Source: an uncultured bacterium (GTDB taxonomy: Bacteria; Bacillota; Clostridia; Oscillospirales; Oscillospiraceae). Taken from it: a stretch of 64,000 bases of DNA. Within the stretch, counting starts at the first letter, position 1. Each line of letters starts with the position of its first letter. The DNA lies in NCBI GenBank assembly GCA_949293245.1, contig CASFCS010000002.1:637-64636 (forward strand), given 5' to 3'. Both the position numbers and the translations under genes were made by a program. The notes under the pieces are model-generated. The model made no database searches. It saw only the letters and a list, made by a program, of their open reading frames with translations, and was not told the DNA's origin. This document shows, piece after piece, positions 27,181-36,455 of the stretch.

Positions 27181-28488
27181 TCACAGGATGTCGATGTATT
27201 CCCCGCTGAGGGCCTTGTTCATGGAGCGCACGGCGCAGAACTTGCCGCACATGGAGCAGGTGTCGTCGTGCTCCGGGGACCGGTCCGCCCGAATGGCTTT
27301 GGCGGTCTCCGGGTCCAGGGCGCAGGCCCACTGGCCCTCCCAGTCCAGCTTCTGCCGGGCCTGGGCCATCTTGTCGTCGATGTCCCGGGCCCCCCGGATG
27401 CCCTTGGCAATGTCGGCGGCGTGGGCGGCGATCTTGGAGGCAATGATACCCTGCTTCACGTCCTCCACGTTGGGCAGGGCCAGGTGCTCGGCGGGGGTGA
27501 CGTAGCACAGGAAGGCGGCGCCGCTCATGGCGGCCATGGCCCCGCCGATGGCGGAGGTGATGTGGTCATAGCCGGGGGCGATGTCGGTGACGATGGGGCC
27601 CAGCACATAGAAGGGGGCCCCCATGCAGATGGTCTGCTGCACCTTCATGTTGGCGGCGATCTGGTCCATGGGCACGTGGCCGGGGCCCTCCACCATCACC
27701 TGCACGTCCTTCTCCCAGGCCCGCTTGGTAAGCTCGCCCAGGCGCACCAGCTCCTCGATCTGGCACACGTCGGTGGCGTCGGCCAGGCACCCGGGGCGGC
27801 AGGCGTCACCCAGAGAGATGGTCACGTCGTACTCCCGGCAGATGTCCAGGATCTCGTCGTAGTACTCGTAGAAGGGGTTCTCCTCCCCGGTCATGCACAT
27901 CCAGGCAAACACCAGGGAGCCGCCCCGGGAGACGATGTTCATCTTCCGCTTATGCTTGCGGATCTGGTCGATGGTCTTGCGGGTGATGCCGCAGTGGAGG
28001 GTGACGAAGTCCACCCCGTCCTGGGCGTGGAGCCGCACCACGTCGATGAAGTCCCTGGCGGACAGGGTGGCCAGGTCCCGCTGGTAGTGGATGACGCTGT
28101 CGTACACGGGCACGGTGCCGATCATCACCGGGCACTCATGGGTGAGCTTCTGGCGGAAGGGCTGGGTGTTGCCGTGGCTGGACAGATCCATAATGGCCTC
28201 CGCCCCCATGTTCACGGCGGACATGACCTTCTCCATCTCGATGTCGTAGTCCTTGCAGTCCCGGGAGACCCCCAGGTTCACGTTGATCTTGGTGCGCAGC
28301 ATGGAGCCAATGCCCTCGGCGTCCAGGCAGGTGTGGAGGCGGTTGGCCGGGATGGCCACCTTGCCGCTGGCCACCAGGGGGAGGAGCTCTTCGGTGGTCA
28401 TGTGCTCCTTGCGGGCCACGGTCTCCATCTCCGGGGTGACGATGCCCTTCCGGGCGGCGTCCATCTGGGTGGTATAGTTGCGTTCCAT
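27181..28488 (-). CDS. thiC: Phosphomethylpyrimidine synthase (radical SAM)
   Basis: From ATG 28488 (SD AAGGAGAG): [22 protein letters not shown]... The C-terminal cluster motif is [10 protein letters not shown]. Confidence 0.96.
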   Translation of the reverse strand: MERNYTTQMDAARKGIVTPEMETVARKEHMTTEELLPLVASGKVAIPANRLHTCLDAEGIGSMLRTKINVNLGVSRDCKDYDIEMEKVMSAVNMGAEAIMDLSSHGNTQPFRQKLTHECPVMIGTVPVYDSVIHYQRDLATLSARDFIDVVRLHAQDGVDFVTLHCGITRKTIDQIRKHKRKMNIVSRGGSLVFAWMCMTGEENPFYEYYDEILDICREYDVTISLGDACRPGCLADATDVCQIEELVRLGELTKRAWEKDVQVMVEGPGHVPMDQIAANMKVQQTICMGAPFYVLGPIVTDIAPGYDHITSAIGGAMAAMSGAAFLCYVTPAEHLALPNVEDVKQGIIASKIAAHAADIAKGIRGARDIDDKMAQARQKLDWEGQWACALDPETAKAIRADRSPEHDDTCSMCGKFCAVRSMNKALSGEYIDIL

Positions 28489-28519
28489 GGTGTATCTCTC
28501 CTTCTTTATGATATCCAGG

Positions 28520-29311
28520 TCAATATTCTCCCGCAATGGCAAAGGCGTGGTCCATGGGGCCGCTGCCCTTCCCCAGGTCCAGCATGGCCCCCAGGGCGCC
28601 GGACAGATAGGCCTTGGCCCTCTCCACCGACGCCTCCATGGGCAGCCCCTTGGCCAGGTTGGAGGCGATGGCGGAGGACAGCGTGCAGCCCGTGCCGTGG
28701 GTGTTGGGGTTGTCCACCCGCTCCCCGTGGAACCACTTCCCGCCGGAGGGCTGCCAGAGGTAGTCGTCCGCGTCCTTCACCCGGTGGCCCCCCTTGCACA
28801 GCACGGCGCAGCCGTACTTCTCCCCGATGGTCCGGGCGGCCCGCTCCATGTCCTCCCCGCAGGAGATGGACATGCCCGAGAGGATCTCCGCCTCGGGGAT
28901 GTTGGGGGTCAGGAGGTCCGCCAGGGGGAAGAGCTCCTCCCCCAGGGCCCCCACCGCGTCCTCCTCCAGCAGCCGGGCGCCGCTGGTGGCCACCATCACC
29001 GGGTCCACCACCACATTTCCCGGGGCATACTGCCGCAGCTTCTCCCCGATCACCCGGATGAGGGGCGCGGAGGACACCATCCCCACCTTCACCGCCTGGG
29101 GCGGAATGTCGGAAAAGACGGCGTCCAGCTGCAAAGCCAGAAACGCGGGGGTGGATTCCATAATACCTGTGACGCCGGTGGTGTTCTGGGCGGTCAGGGC
29201 CGTGACGGCGCTCATGGCGTAGACGTGATGGGCGGTCATGGTCTTGATATCGGCCTGGATACCGGCGCCTCCGCTGGAGTCGCTTCCAGCGATCGTCAAT
29301 GCTGTGAACAT
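28520..29311 (-). CDS. thiD: Hydroxymethylpyrimidine/phosphomethylpyrimidine kinase
   Basis: [44 protein letters not shown]... Confidence 0.95.
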   Translation of the reverse strand: MFTALTIAGSDSSGGAGIQADIKTMTAHHVYAMSAVTALTAQNTTGVTGIMESTPAFLALQLDAVFSDIPPQAVKVGMVSSAPLIRVIGEKLRQYAPGNVVVDPVMVATSGARLLEEDAVGALGEELFPLADLLTPNIPEAEILSGMSISCGEDMERAARTIGEKYGCAVLCKGGHRVKDADDYLWQPSGGKWFHGERVDNPNTHGTGCTLSSAIASNLAKGLPMEASVERAKAYLSGALGAMLDLGKGSGPMDHAFAIAGEY

Positions 29312-29397
29312 GGGGTATGCTCCTTTCCCTTTTCAGCAATGCGTTTTATACCGCGGCAGAAGGTGGTGCCCCCGATCTGCCGCCCTGCCCCTCCCGT

Positions 29398-30063
29398 TTA
29401 CCGGGAGAAGTCCCCCGCCTCCCAGCAGGCCATAGCCCGGCTGAAGTCGGGGAGGTAGAGGGAGGCCAGCTCCCTCAGGTCCTGTTGATCCTTTTCGCTG
29501 ACATAGTCGTACACCGCCGCCACCGGGAAGCCCGCGGCCCGGGCGGTGCGGGCGGCAAAGAGGGCGTCCTCAAAGACCCAGGTGTCCGCCGGCTGGGAGC
29601 CCAGGCTGCGGGCGGCCAGGTGAAAGATCCTGGGGTCCGTCTTGCTCAGCCCCACCTCGGAGCAGGTAAAGACCTGCTGGAAATGGTCCAGCAGCCCCAG
29701 CCGCCCCAGGGCGGCCTCCGCCGGAGAGCGTGGCGTATTGGTGGCCACCACCATGGGGATGGAGGCCCGGCGCAGCTCCTCCAGAAACTCCGCCGCCCCC
29801 GGCTTGGCCTGGGCCTCGTGGGTGTAGAAGTCCAGGATGATCTGGTCGACCTCCCGGGAGATCTCATCCAGGCTCTCCTCCAGGTGGTAGGCCCGGCGCA
29901 TGTACGCCCGGCTCTCCTCCATGGTCATCTCGAAGAGCTTGTCCTCCAGGTTGGGCTCGGGGGTCTTGCCCTTGCTGCGCAGGTACCGCGCCCCCATCTC
30001 CCGCCAGAAGCCCATGGAGTTGAGGAGGGTGCCGTCCATATCGAAAATCGCCCCTCGGATCAC
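29398..30063 (-). CDS. HAD-superfamily phosphatase embedded in the thi operon
   Basis: MIRGAIFDMDGTLLNS is the DxDGT motif I. ...VATNTPRS... is motif II. ...FEDALFAARTARAAGFPVAAV... is motif IV. Confidence 0.8.
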   Translation of the reverse strand: MIRGAIFDMDGTLLNSMGFWREMGARYLRSKGKTPEPNLEDKLFEMTMEESRAYMRRAYHLEESLDEISREVDQIILDFYTHEAQAKPGAAEFLEELRRASIPMVVATNTPRSPAEAALGRLGLLDHFQQVFTCSEVGLSKTDPRIFHLAARSLGSQPADTWVFEDALFAARTARAAGFPVAAVYDYVSEKDQQDLRELASLYLPDFSRAMACWEAGDFSR

Positions 30064-30710
30064 GGCGCGGTCACCTCCTCCAGCTTTTTCCGCAGGTCCG
30101 CCGCGGCCTGCCGGGCGTCCGGCCGGGCAAAGATGGCGCTGACCACCGCCGCACCGGCGATGCCGCTGCCCCTGAGCCTGTCCACGTTGTCCCCGCTGAT
30201 GCCCCCGATGGCCACCACCGGGATGGTCACCGCGTCGCAGATGGCCCGGAGGGTGTCAAAGGTCATCGCTCCCGCGTCCTGCTTGGTGCCCGTGGGGAAC
30301 ACCGCCCCCACCCCCAGGTAGTCCGCCCCCCGGCTCTGGGCCAGGAGAGCCTCCTCTACCGTGTGGGCGGACACGCCGATGAGCTTGTCCGGCCCCAGCT
30401 TGGCCCGGACCTGGCCGGCCTCCATGTCCTCCTGGCCCACATGGACCCCGTCGGCGTCCAGCTCCAGGGCCAGGTCCACGTCGTCGTTGATCACAAAGGG
30501 CACCCCCCGGGCGGCGCACAGGGCCTGGATGGCCCTGGCCTCCCGGCGCAGTTCCTCCCCCGTCAGGTGTTTCTCCCGCAGCTGCAAAAACGTAACGCCC
30601 CCCTCCAGGGCCTGGGCCACCCGGTGCTCCAGAGTGTCCTCCCCCAGCCAGGTCCGGTCGGTCACGGCGTACAGCAGCAAATCATCCCGTAACAACCTCG
30701 ATCCGTCCAC
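30060..30710 (-). CDS. thiE: Thiamine-phosphate synthase
   Basis: ...LYAVTDRTWLGE...VTFLQLREKHL...FVINDDVDLALELDADGVHVGQED...IGVSAHT...ADYLGVGAVFPT... Confidence 0.94.
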   Translation of the reverse strand: MDGSRLLRDDLLLYAVTDRTWLGEDTLEHRVAQALEGGVTFLQLREKHLTGEELRREARAIQALCAARGVPFVINDDVDLALELDADGVHVGQEDMEAGQVRAKLGPDKLIGVSAHTVEEALLAQSRGADYLGVGAVFPTGTKQDAGAMTFDTLRAICDAVTIPVVAIGGISGDNVDRLRGSGIAGAAVVSAIFARPDARQAAADLRKKLEEVTAP

Positions 30711-31509
30711 CTTTCTCCAGAATCTCTCCTGTCATATGGTATATCATATCAATGATCCGGTCCCGGTAGGCCATGTTGCCCTCCCAGGGCGCCAGCCGCT
30801 CAAAGGCCAGCTCCCCCGCCAGCCCCATGGCGCACACCGCCGCCGCGGCCCCCTCCAGGGGCCGGTCCGGGTTGGCCGCCAGGAAGGCGGCCAGCAGAGC
30901 GGAGAGCTGGCAGCCCGTGCCGGTGACAAAGCCCATCTCCCTCCGGCCGTTGCGGATGGCCAGGCACCGCGCCCCGTCGGTCACCAGGTCGATGGCCCCG
31001 GTCACCGCCAGGATGACCCCCAGCTCCCCCGCCAGGTCCATGAGCAGGCGGGCCCGGGGCAGCAGATTCTCCTCCGTCACTCCGTCGGCGCTGTCCGCGT
31101 CCACCCCACGGGCGGCCCGCCCTGCCCGGGCCAGGGTGAGCACCTCGGACATGTTGCCCCGGACAGCGGAAAAGCGGATCTCCTCCAGCAGCCCCCGGGC
31201 CGTCCCGGTGCGCAGGGCGCTGGCCCCCACCCCCACCGGGTCCAGCACCACCGGGCGGCCCAGGGCGTTGGCCCGGCGGCCCGCGGCGTACATGGCGGGG
31301 ACACTCCGGCGGTTCAGGGTGCCGATGTTCAGGGTGAGGGCGGCGCACAGCGCGGTGATCTCCGCCGCCTCCCCCTCATCGTCGGCCATAATGGGGCTGG
31401 CCCCGCAGGCCAGCAGGACATTGGCCACGTCGTTGGCAGTGACATAGTTTGTAATGTTGTGGACCAGGGGGGCGGTCTGCCGCACCCGGTCCAGGCACTC
31501 TCCCAACAT
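30682..31509 (-). CDS. thiM: Hydroxyethylthiazole kinase
   Basis: ...APLVHNITNYVTANDVANVLLACGASPIMADD...VLDPVGVGAS...ITGTGCQLSAL-type motif (VTGTGCQLSALLAAF). Confidence 0.93.
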   Translation of the reverse strand: MLGECLDRVRQTAPLVHNITNYVTANDVANVLLACGASPIMADDEGEAAEITALCAALTLNIGTLNRRSVPAMYAAGRRANALGRPVVLDPVGVGASALRTGTARGLLEEIRFSAVRGNMSEVLTLARAGRAARGVDADSADGVTEENLLPRARLLMDLAGELGVILAVTGAIDLVTDGARCLAIRNGRREMGFVTGTGCQLSALLAAFLAANPDRPLEGAAAAVCAMGLAGELAFERLAPWEGNMAYRDRIIDMIYHMTGEILEKGGRIEVVTG

Positions 31510-31521
31510 GGTCTCTCCCCC

Positions 31522-32040
31522 TTATGTTGACAGGGCGGTCCGCATCCGGCCCAGGGCCCCTGCCCGCTCCAGGGCGAAGAGCACCGCCCCGGCCATGACG
31601 CTGCCCGCCACGGTGGAGATGAGGAAGGGCACTATATAGGCGTAGAAGGCGATGGTGCCCGCGCTCTTGCCCATCACCAGGATGGCCACCGGCCAGGCGG
31701 CCAGGCCCCCCAGGATGCCGGTGCCCGCCACCTCGGCGGCGCAGGTAGGCAGCAGTTTGCGGGTGCCCCGGTACATCAGGGCGCAGACCAGGGCGCCGCA
31801 CATGCTCCCCGGGAAAGCCAGGGGGCTGCCCAGAGCCATAAGGTTGCGGATCAGGCTGGCAGAGAAGGCCACCCCCACGCCGTACCCCGGCCCCAGGAAC
31901 ACGGCGCAGATGAGGTTGACCATGTGCTGCACCGGGGCGCACTGGGACCCCAGCACCGGGAACTGAAAGAGACTGCCCGCCACGGCCAGGGCGGTGAGCA
32001 ATCCGGCCAGAGCCAGCTTTTTGACACGGGTTCGATTCAT
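31522..32040 (-). CDS. thiW: ECF S component ThiW (thiazole precursor uptake)
   Basis: 172-aa, 5-6-TM protein: MNRTRVKKLALAGLLTALAVAGSLFQFPVLGSQCAPVQHMVNLICAVFLGP... It is first gene behind the TPP riboswitch and next to thiM. Confidence 0.8.
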   Translation of the reverse strand: MNRTRVKKLALAGLLTALAVAGSLFQFPVLGSQCAPVQHMVNLICAVFLGPGYGVGVAFSASLIRNLMALGSPLAFPGSMCGALVCALMYRGTRKLLPTCAAEVAGTGILGGLAAWPVAILVMGKSAGTIAFYAYIVPFLISTVAGSVMAGAVLFALERAGALGRMRTALST

Positions 32041-32282
32041 ACCAAACGCTCCTTCCGGGGCGGATGCCCCGTTTTTGTTGTCTCCGCCGGAGCGGAGCGG
32101 CGGGGGGGTCTGTCTCCCCCGCCCCGGTCGAAGCTTACTGGCTTCCTCTCACGCCGGAACACGGCTTCCCATCGCACATCAGGCCACCCGGGCGCAGGGC
32201 GCTCCCCCTCCGCCCGCCGCGCCGCGCGCGGTGGGATGGCCTGTCCATCTGACGGCTCTCTCTCCTCTCTCCCACGGGATAG

Positions 32283-32311
32283 AAAAAACAGGCGCGCCAC
32301 CGGCACGCCTG
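32283..32311 (-). terminator. Expression-platform terminator of the TPP riboswitch
   Basis: Minus strand: CAGGCGTGCC GGT GGCGCGCCTG followed by TTTTTT. Confidence 0.75.
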
Positions 32312-32317
32312 CTTCTC

Positions 32318-32412
32318 AGCAAATCATTCCTACGTTGGCATTATCCAAATCAGGTCGGCGGGTCGAAGTTGATGACTTCCTCTCAGCCTGCTCCACAAGC
32401 TCCCCGTTGGGT
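32318..32412 (-). promoter_or_regulatory. TPP (THI-box) riboswitch aptamer
   Basis: Minus strand: GGGGAGCTTGTGGAGCAGGCTGAGAGGAAGTCATCAACTTCGACCCGCCGACCTGATTTGGATAATGCCAACGTAGGAATGA. The CTGAGA, ACCTGAT and GGATAATGCC..CGTAGGAA cores are all present. Confidence 0.9.
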
Positions 32413-32430
32413 ATTCACTTTTCTCTGCCT

Positions 32431-32458
32431 ATTATATCACCGGCACCGGCCTTGTCAA
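32431..32458 (-). promoter_or_regulatory. Sigma-A-type promoter of the thi operon
   Basis: Minus strand: TTGACA, 16-bp spacer, TATAAT (rc at 32453-32458 and 32431-32436). Confidence 0.75.
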
Positions 32459-32482
32459 CGACTTTCCCCACAAAAAGCCCCT

Positions 32483-33511
32483 TCACAGGGTCTCCCGCAG
32501 GAAGCGGCCCACGCTGGACATGGCCTGGGCGGACTTGCCCATGGGGAACATCTGAAACACATGCCACATGTCCTTCCACACCTCCAGACGGCAGGGCACC
32601 CCCGCCATCACCAGCCGGTCCCGCAGGCGCACCGAGTCGGACAGGAGGATCTCACTGCTGCCCACCTGAATCAAGGTAGGGGGCAGGCCCGCCAGGTCGG
32701 CAAAGAGGGGGGAGAGGTCGGGATCCGTAAGGTCCGCGCCCTCCCCGGCGTAGGCCCGGCGCACCGCCTGGATATAGTTGTCCGTGAGCATGGGGTCCAC
32801 CTCCCGCTTCTCCTCATAGGAGCGGCCGCTGGCGGTCATATCCGTCCAGGGGGAGAAGAGCACCAGCCCCCGGGGCAGCAGCCGCCCCTGGGAGCGCAGG
32901 CGCAGCGTGAGGCACAGCGCCATGTTGCCCCCGGCGGAGTCCCCGGCGATCACCACGTCCCGGGCCCCGTAGCCCTGGTACATCAGGTAGTCCCAGGCCC
33001 TCATCCCGTCCTCCAGAGCGGCGGGGTAGGGGTGCTCCGGGGCCAGGCGGTAGGCAAAGGAGAGGACGGGGCAGGCCCCCTCCTGGGCAAACTTGGCCGA
33101 CAGGATGCGGGAGTAGTCCAGATCTCCGCTGGTGTACCCCCCGCCGTGGCAGTACAGAATGGCCCGCCGCCGGTCCTGGAGGCGCTCGGGCCGGGTCCAG
33201 GCCATGGGCACCCCGTCCCGCTCGAAGCTCTGCCACTCCATGCCGATCATGGGGGTAATGAGCCGCCCCAGAAGCTTATGCCCACGGCGCTGCCGCGCCA
33301 GGTCCTGGGGCGCCATGGAGTCGGGGTTGGCGGCGCTGTGGATGGCCTTGAGCACCTTCATCAGGGGCTTGAGGTCGTGCTTCTCCCGGCTGCGGCTTTT
33401 GGCGCTCCGCCGTCCCTTCTTCCCGGCGGCCTCCCGGCCGGCCTCCCGCCAGCGCTCCAGAGCGCCCTCTCCCGGCTCCACCAGCCGGACCAGCGGTCTC
33501 TTGTTGTCCAT
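32483..33511 (-). CDS. Alpha/beta-hydrolase, HSL-type esterase/lipase
   Basis: From ATG 33511 (SD GGAGGGGGAG). It has the oxyanion motif LYCHGGGYTSG and the nucleophile elbow IAGDSAGGNMAL. Confidence 0.85.
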   Translation of the reverse strand: MDNKRPLVRLVEPGEGALERWREAGREAAGKKGRRSAKSRSREKHDLKPLMKVLKAIHSAANPDSMAPQDLARQRRGHKLLGRLITPMIGMEWQSFERDGVPMAWTRPERLQDRRRAILYCHGGGYTSGDLDYSRILSAKFAQEGACPVLSFAYRLAPEHPYPAALEDGMRAWDYLMYQGYGARDVVIAGDSAGGNMALCLTLRLRSQGRLLPRGLVLFSPWTDMTASGRSYEEKREVDPMLTDNYIQAVRRAYAGEGADLTDPDLSPLFADLAGLPPTLIQVGSSEILLSDSVRLRDRLVMAGVPCRLEVWKDMWHVFQMFPMGKSAQAMSSVGRFLRETL

Positions 33512-33716
33512 GGTGTTCTCCCCCTCCTGTGCCCCGGGTCCCGGGGGCTTATTTTGAGGTATTATACCACATCCGCCCCATCCCACCAACCCCCTTTTCT
33601 GCCCCGTCTTGTATCTCCCACCTCATTCTGATACAATATTCCTGCGCTGCCCCGCAGTTCGGGGTGGTTTCATGATGCCCGTACCCGGGGGCCCCGCCCC
33701 TGAGAGGAGGTGCCCC

Positions 33717-34997
33717 GTGCCGTCCAAAAACAAAAAGTGGATGCGGCTGGACAACGCCGCCCTGCTCTACTCCGCCATTCAGAAGGAGACCTACTCGGCG
33801 GTGTACCGTTTCTCCGCGGTGCTCCACGAGACGGTGGACCCCAACGTGCTCCAGCGGGCCATCGACCTGACCATGCCCCGCTTCCCCAGCTTTCGCTCCC
33901 GCATGCGCCGGGGGATGTTCTGGTACTACCTGGAGCCCATGGACATCCCCGGCCCCATGGCCCGGCCGGACATCGCAAACCCCTGTCAGCCCCTGCGGCT
34001 GCGGGAGGGGGACGGCTGGCTGGTGCGGGTGTTCTTCTACCACAGGCGCATCTCGGTGGAGGTGTTTCACGCCGTATCCGACGGGGCGGGCACCCTGGTT
34101 TTTTTCCGCACGTTGCTTGCCACCTACTTCCGCCTGCTGGGCCACCCCATTCCCAACACCCACGGCATTCTGGATATCGACCAGCCCCCTCAGCCCCAGG
34201 AGCTGGAGGACGCCTACGCCCGGTACGCCGGGCCGGTGACTCTCCGGGGCCGCCTGGCCCCCAAGGCCTACGCCATCAACGGCACGCCGGAGCCCTTCTA
34301 CACGCTCCACTACACCATGGGGCGCATGCCGGTGGATAAACTGCTCGCCCTCTCCCGGCGCTGCGGGGTATCCATGACGGAGTATCTGGCGGCGGTGCTC
34401 ATCCAGGTGCTGCTGGACCGGCAGGAGCGTGAGAAGCCCAGAAAGCCCCGGCCGGTGTCCCTCACCATTCCCATCAACCTCCGCAGCCACTTCCCCAGCC
34501 AGACCCTGCGCAACTTTATCCTCACCACCTCCCCCTCCATCGACCCCAGGCTGGGCCGGCGGTCCTTTGAGGAGATCCTGTCCCAGGTGCACCACTACAT
34601 CCGCCTGAACCTGGACCGGACCACTATGCAGGCCCGGCTTACGGGCAACGTGGCCTTTCAGCGCAACCTGTTTTTGCAGCTCATCCCTCTGTTTCTCAAA
34701 AATCCCGTGCTGGGGATCGCCTACCAGCTCACGGCGGTGCGCCCCTTCACCACCACCTACACCAACCCCGGCCCCTTCCGGGTTCCCCCGGAGATGGAGC
34801 CCCTGATCGACCACATGGAGGTCATGCTGGGCCAGCCCTACGGCCGGCAGATCAACTGCGCCTCCATCTCCTATGGCAACACCCTGGCCATCACCTTCGC
34901 GGGCACCATCGCCGAGACCGACATCGAGCGGGACTTCTTCCGCTTTCTGGTCCGGGCGGGGATCCCTGTCCGGGTGGACAGCAACCGCACCAGCTGA
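33717..34997 (+). CDS. HxxxD-motif acyltransferase (condensation-domain / alcohol-acetyltransferase-like)
   Basis: ...WMRLDNAALLYSAI...RISVEVFHAVSDGAGTLVFFRTLL carries the HxxxDG catalytic motif. GTG at 33717 lies 6 nt after GAGAGGAGG. Alternative ATG at 33671. Confidence 0.65.
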   Translation: MPSKNKKWMRLDNAALLYSAIQKETYSAVYRFSAVLHETVDPNVLQRAIDLTMPRFPSFRSRMRRGMFWYYLEPMDIPGPMARPDIANPCQPLRLREGDGWLVRVFFYHRRISVEVFHAVSDGAGTLVFFRTLLATYFRLLGHPIPNTHGILDIDQPPQPQELEDAYARYAGPVTLRGRLAPKAYAINGTPEPFYTLHYTMGRMPVDKLLALSRRCGVSMTEYLAAVLIQVLLDRQEREKPRKPRPVSLTIPINLRSHFPSQTLRNFILTTSPSIDPRLGRRSFEEILSQVHHYIRLNLDRTTMQARLTGNVAFQRNLFLQLIPLFLKNPVLGIAYQLTAVRPFTTTYTNPGPFRVPPEMEPLIDHMEVMLGQPYGRQINCASISYGNTLAITFAGTIAETDIERDFFRFLVRAGIPVRVDSNRTS

Positions 34998-35012
34998 GAG
35001 GAGGTCCGTGAC

Positions 35013-35714
35013 ATGTCATACTGCGTTCACTGCGGCGTGGAGCTCCACGACAGCGCCCGCGCCTGCCCACTGTGCCACACTCCGGTGGTGGACCCCAGCA
35101 AGCTGGGGGCGGCACCTCCGGAGCTTCCCCCCTACCCCACCCAGCGGGCGGAGGTGCCCCCCGCCTCCAAGCGGGAGGCGGCGCTGCTGCTGACGGTGAT
35201 GCTGCTGAGCGTGGCCATATGCTGCGGCTTGCTCAATCTCTTCCTGGGGCGGAGCGTGCCCTGGTCGGCCTACGTCATCGGCGGGGCGGCCCTGCTGTGG
35301 GTGTGGGTGGCCATTCCTTTGTGGTTCCGCGCCCTGCCCCTGGCGGTGCGTCTCATCCTGGACGGGGTGGCGGTGGGGCTGTACGTGCTGGTGATCGCCC
35401 TGCTGGCCGACGGCATGGTCTGGTTCAAGGCCCTGGCCCTGCCCATCGTGCTGCTTGCCACCGCGGTGCTGCTGCTGCTGGGCCTCACCCTGCCGGGGCG
35501 GTCCATTCTCTCCTCCCTGTCCCTGATTTTCGGCTCCATCGCCGTATTTCTCGTGGGCGTGGAGCTGTGCGTGGACCGGTGGCTCACGGGAGCCTGGTCC
35601 CCGGGGTGGTCCATCGTGGTGCTGGTGATCGCCGCCGCCCTGTGCGCCCCTTTGCAGGTGGTGCGCCGGGTGCCCTCCCTCCGGGAGGAGGTCCGCAAGC
35701 TCTTCCACCTGTGA
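35013..35714 (+). CDS. Zinc-ribbon-headed polytopic membrane protein (DUF6320-like)
   Basis: MSYCVHCGVELHDSARACPLCHTPV is a CxxC...CxxC motif, followed by about six hydrophobic segments. It starts 15 nt after the acyltransferase gene. Confidence 0.7.
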   Translation: MSYCVHCGVELHDSARACPLCHTPVVDPSKLGAAPPELPPYPTQRAEVPPASKREAALLLTVMLLSVAICCGLLNLFLGRSVPWSAYVIGGAALLWVWVAIPLWFRALPLAVRLILDGVAVGLYVLVIALLADGMVWFKALALPIVLLATAVLLLLGLTLPGRSILSSLSLIFGSIAVFLVGVELCVDRWLTGAWSPGWSIVVLVIAAALCAPLQVVRRVPSLREEVRKLFHL

Positions 35715-35829
35715 GAGTTCCCCTTCAGGCCGCATTTTTCAGAGCATATGGGGCACATGAGAAGGCCGCCCCTGTGGGGCGCCCGGTATCCTGGACCGGG
35801 CGGCGTGATTTCTCCGGGGCCCTCACGGC

Positions 35830-35875
35830 AAAAACTCCGGCATACGGACCGCTGGTCCGTATGCCGGAGTTTTTT
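35830..35875. terminator. Bidirectional intrinsic terminator
   Basis: AAAAACTCCGGCATACGGACC GCT GGTCCGTATGCCGGAGTTTTT. Confidence 0.9.
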
Positions 35876-35885
35876 CCCTATGTCG

Positions 35886-36365
35886 TCACGGGTCCAGGTC
35901 GCGGGCCCAGGCTGCCAGCTCCGCCCGGCTTATCCCCCGGGGAAACACCCGGCCCTCCAGGAGCCTGGCCCCGGGACAGCTGAGCCGGAGCTTCTGGTTG
36001 GTCTCCCCCATGCCGCTGCCCCCCGAGGTGGCGAAGGGCACCACCGTCTTACCGGAGAAATCATAGCTCTCCAAAAAGGTGTTGATGATGGTGGGGGCCA
36101 CATACCACCAGATGGGGAAGCCCACAAAAATGGTGTCGTACTCCTCCAGGTCCTCACAGCTGCCCGCAATGGCGGGGCGGGAGGCGGGGTCCTCCATCTC
36201 CCGGGTGCTGCGGGAATTCTTGTCGGTCCAGTCCAGGTCGGCCCGGGTATAGGGCACCTCCGGCACGATCTGGTAGAGGTCGGCGCCGATGGCCGCCGCC
36301 AGGGCCTGGGCCACGTTGGCAGTGACCCCGCCGGTGGAAAAATAGGCAACCAGCTTTTTGCTCAT
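35886..36365 (-). CDS. Flavodoxin-like protein
   Basis: From ATG 36365 (SD AAGGAGGGA): MSKKLVAYFSTGGVTANVAQALA...IFVGFPIWWYVAPTII...VVPFATSGGSG. Confidence 0.85.
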   Translation of the reverse strand: MSKKLVAYFSTGGVTANVAQALAAAIGADLYQIVPEVPYTRADLDWTDKNSRSTREMEDPASRPAIAGSCEDLEEYDTIFVGFPIWWYVAPTIINTFLESYDFSGKTVVPFATSGGSGMGETNQKLRLSCPGARLLEGRVFPRGISRAELAAWARDLDP

Positions 36366-36455
36366 GGTGTCCCTCCTTGTCAAAGGCAGATGGTCCGTTT
36401 TTCCTGATCCTACGGCACCATTATACCGTCCCCCCGTCCCCTTGGCAAGGCAGAA

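Noticed and set aside
32064-32306. Short ORFs (62-89 aa) on both strands in the thiW leader
   Set aside because: They are Arg/Pro/Gly-rich translations of GC-rich structured RNA with no SD, lying inside the riboswitch expression region.
31994-34814. 545-aa plus ORF 31994-33631 and 421-aa minus ORF 33549-34814
   Set aside because: They are shadow frames of the esterase and the HxxxD acyltransferase respectively. The first also runs through the riboswitch leader.
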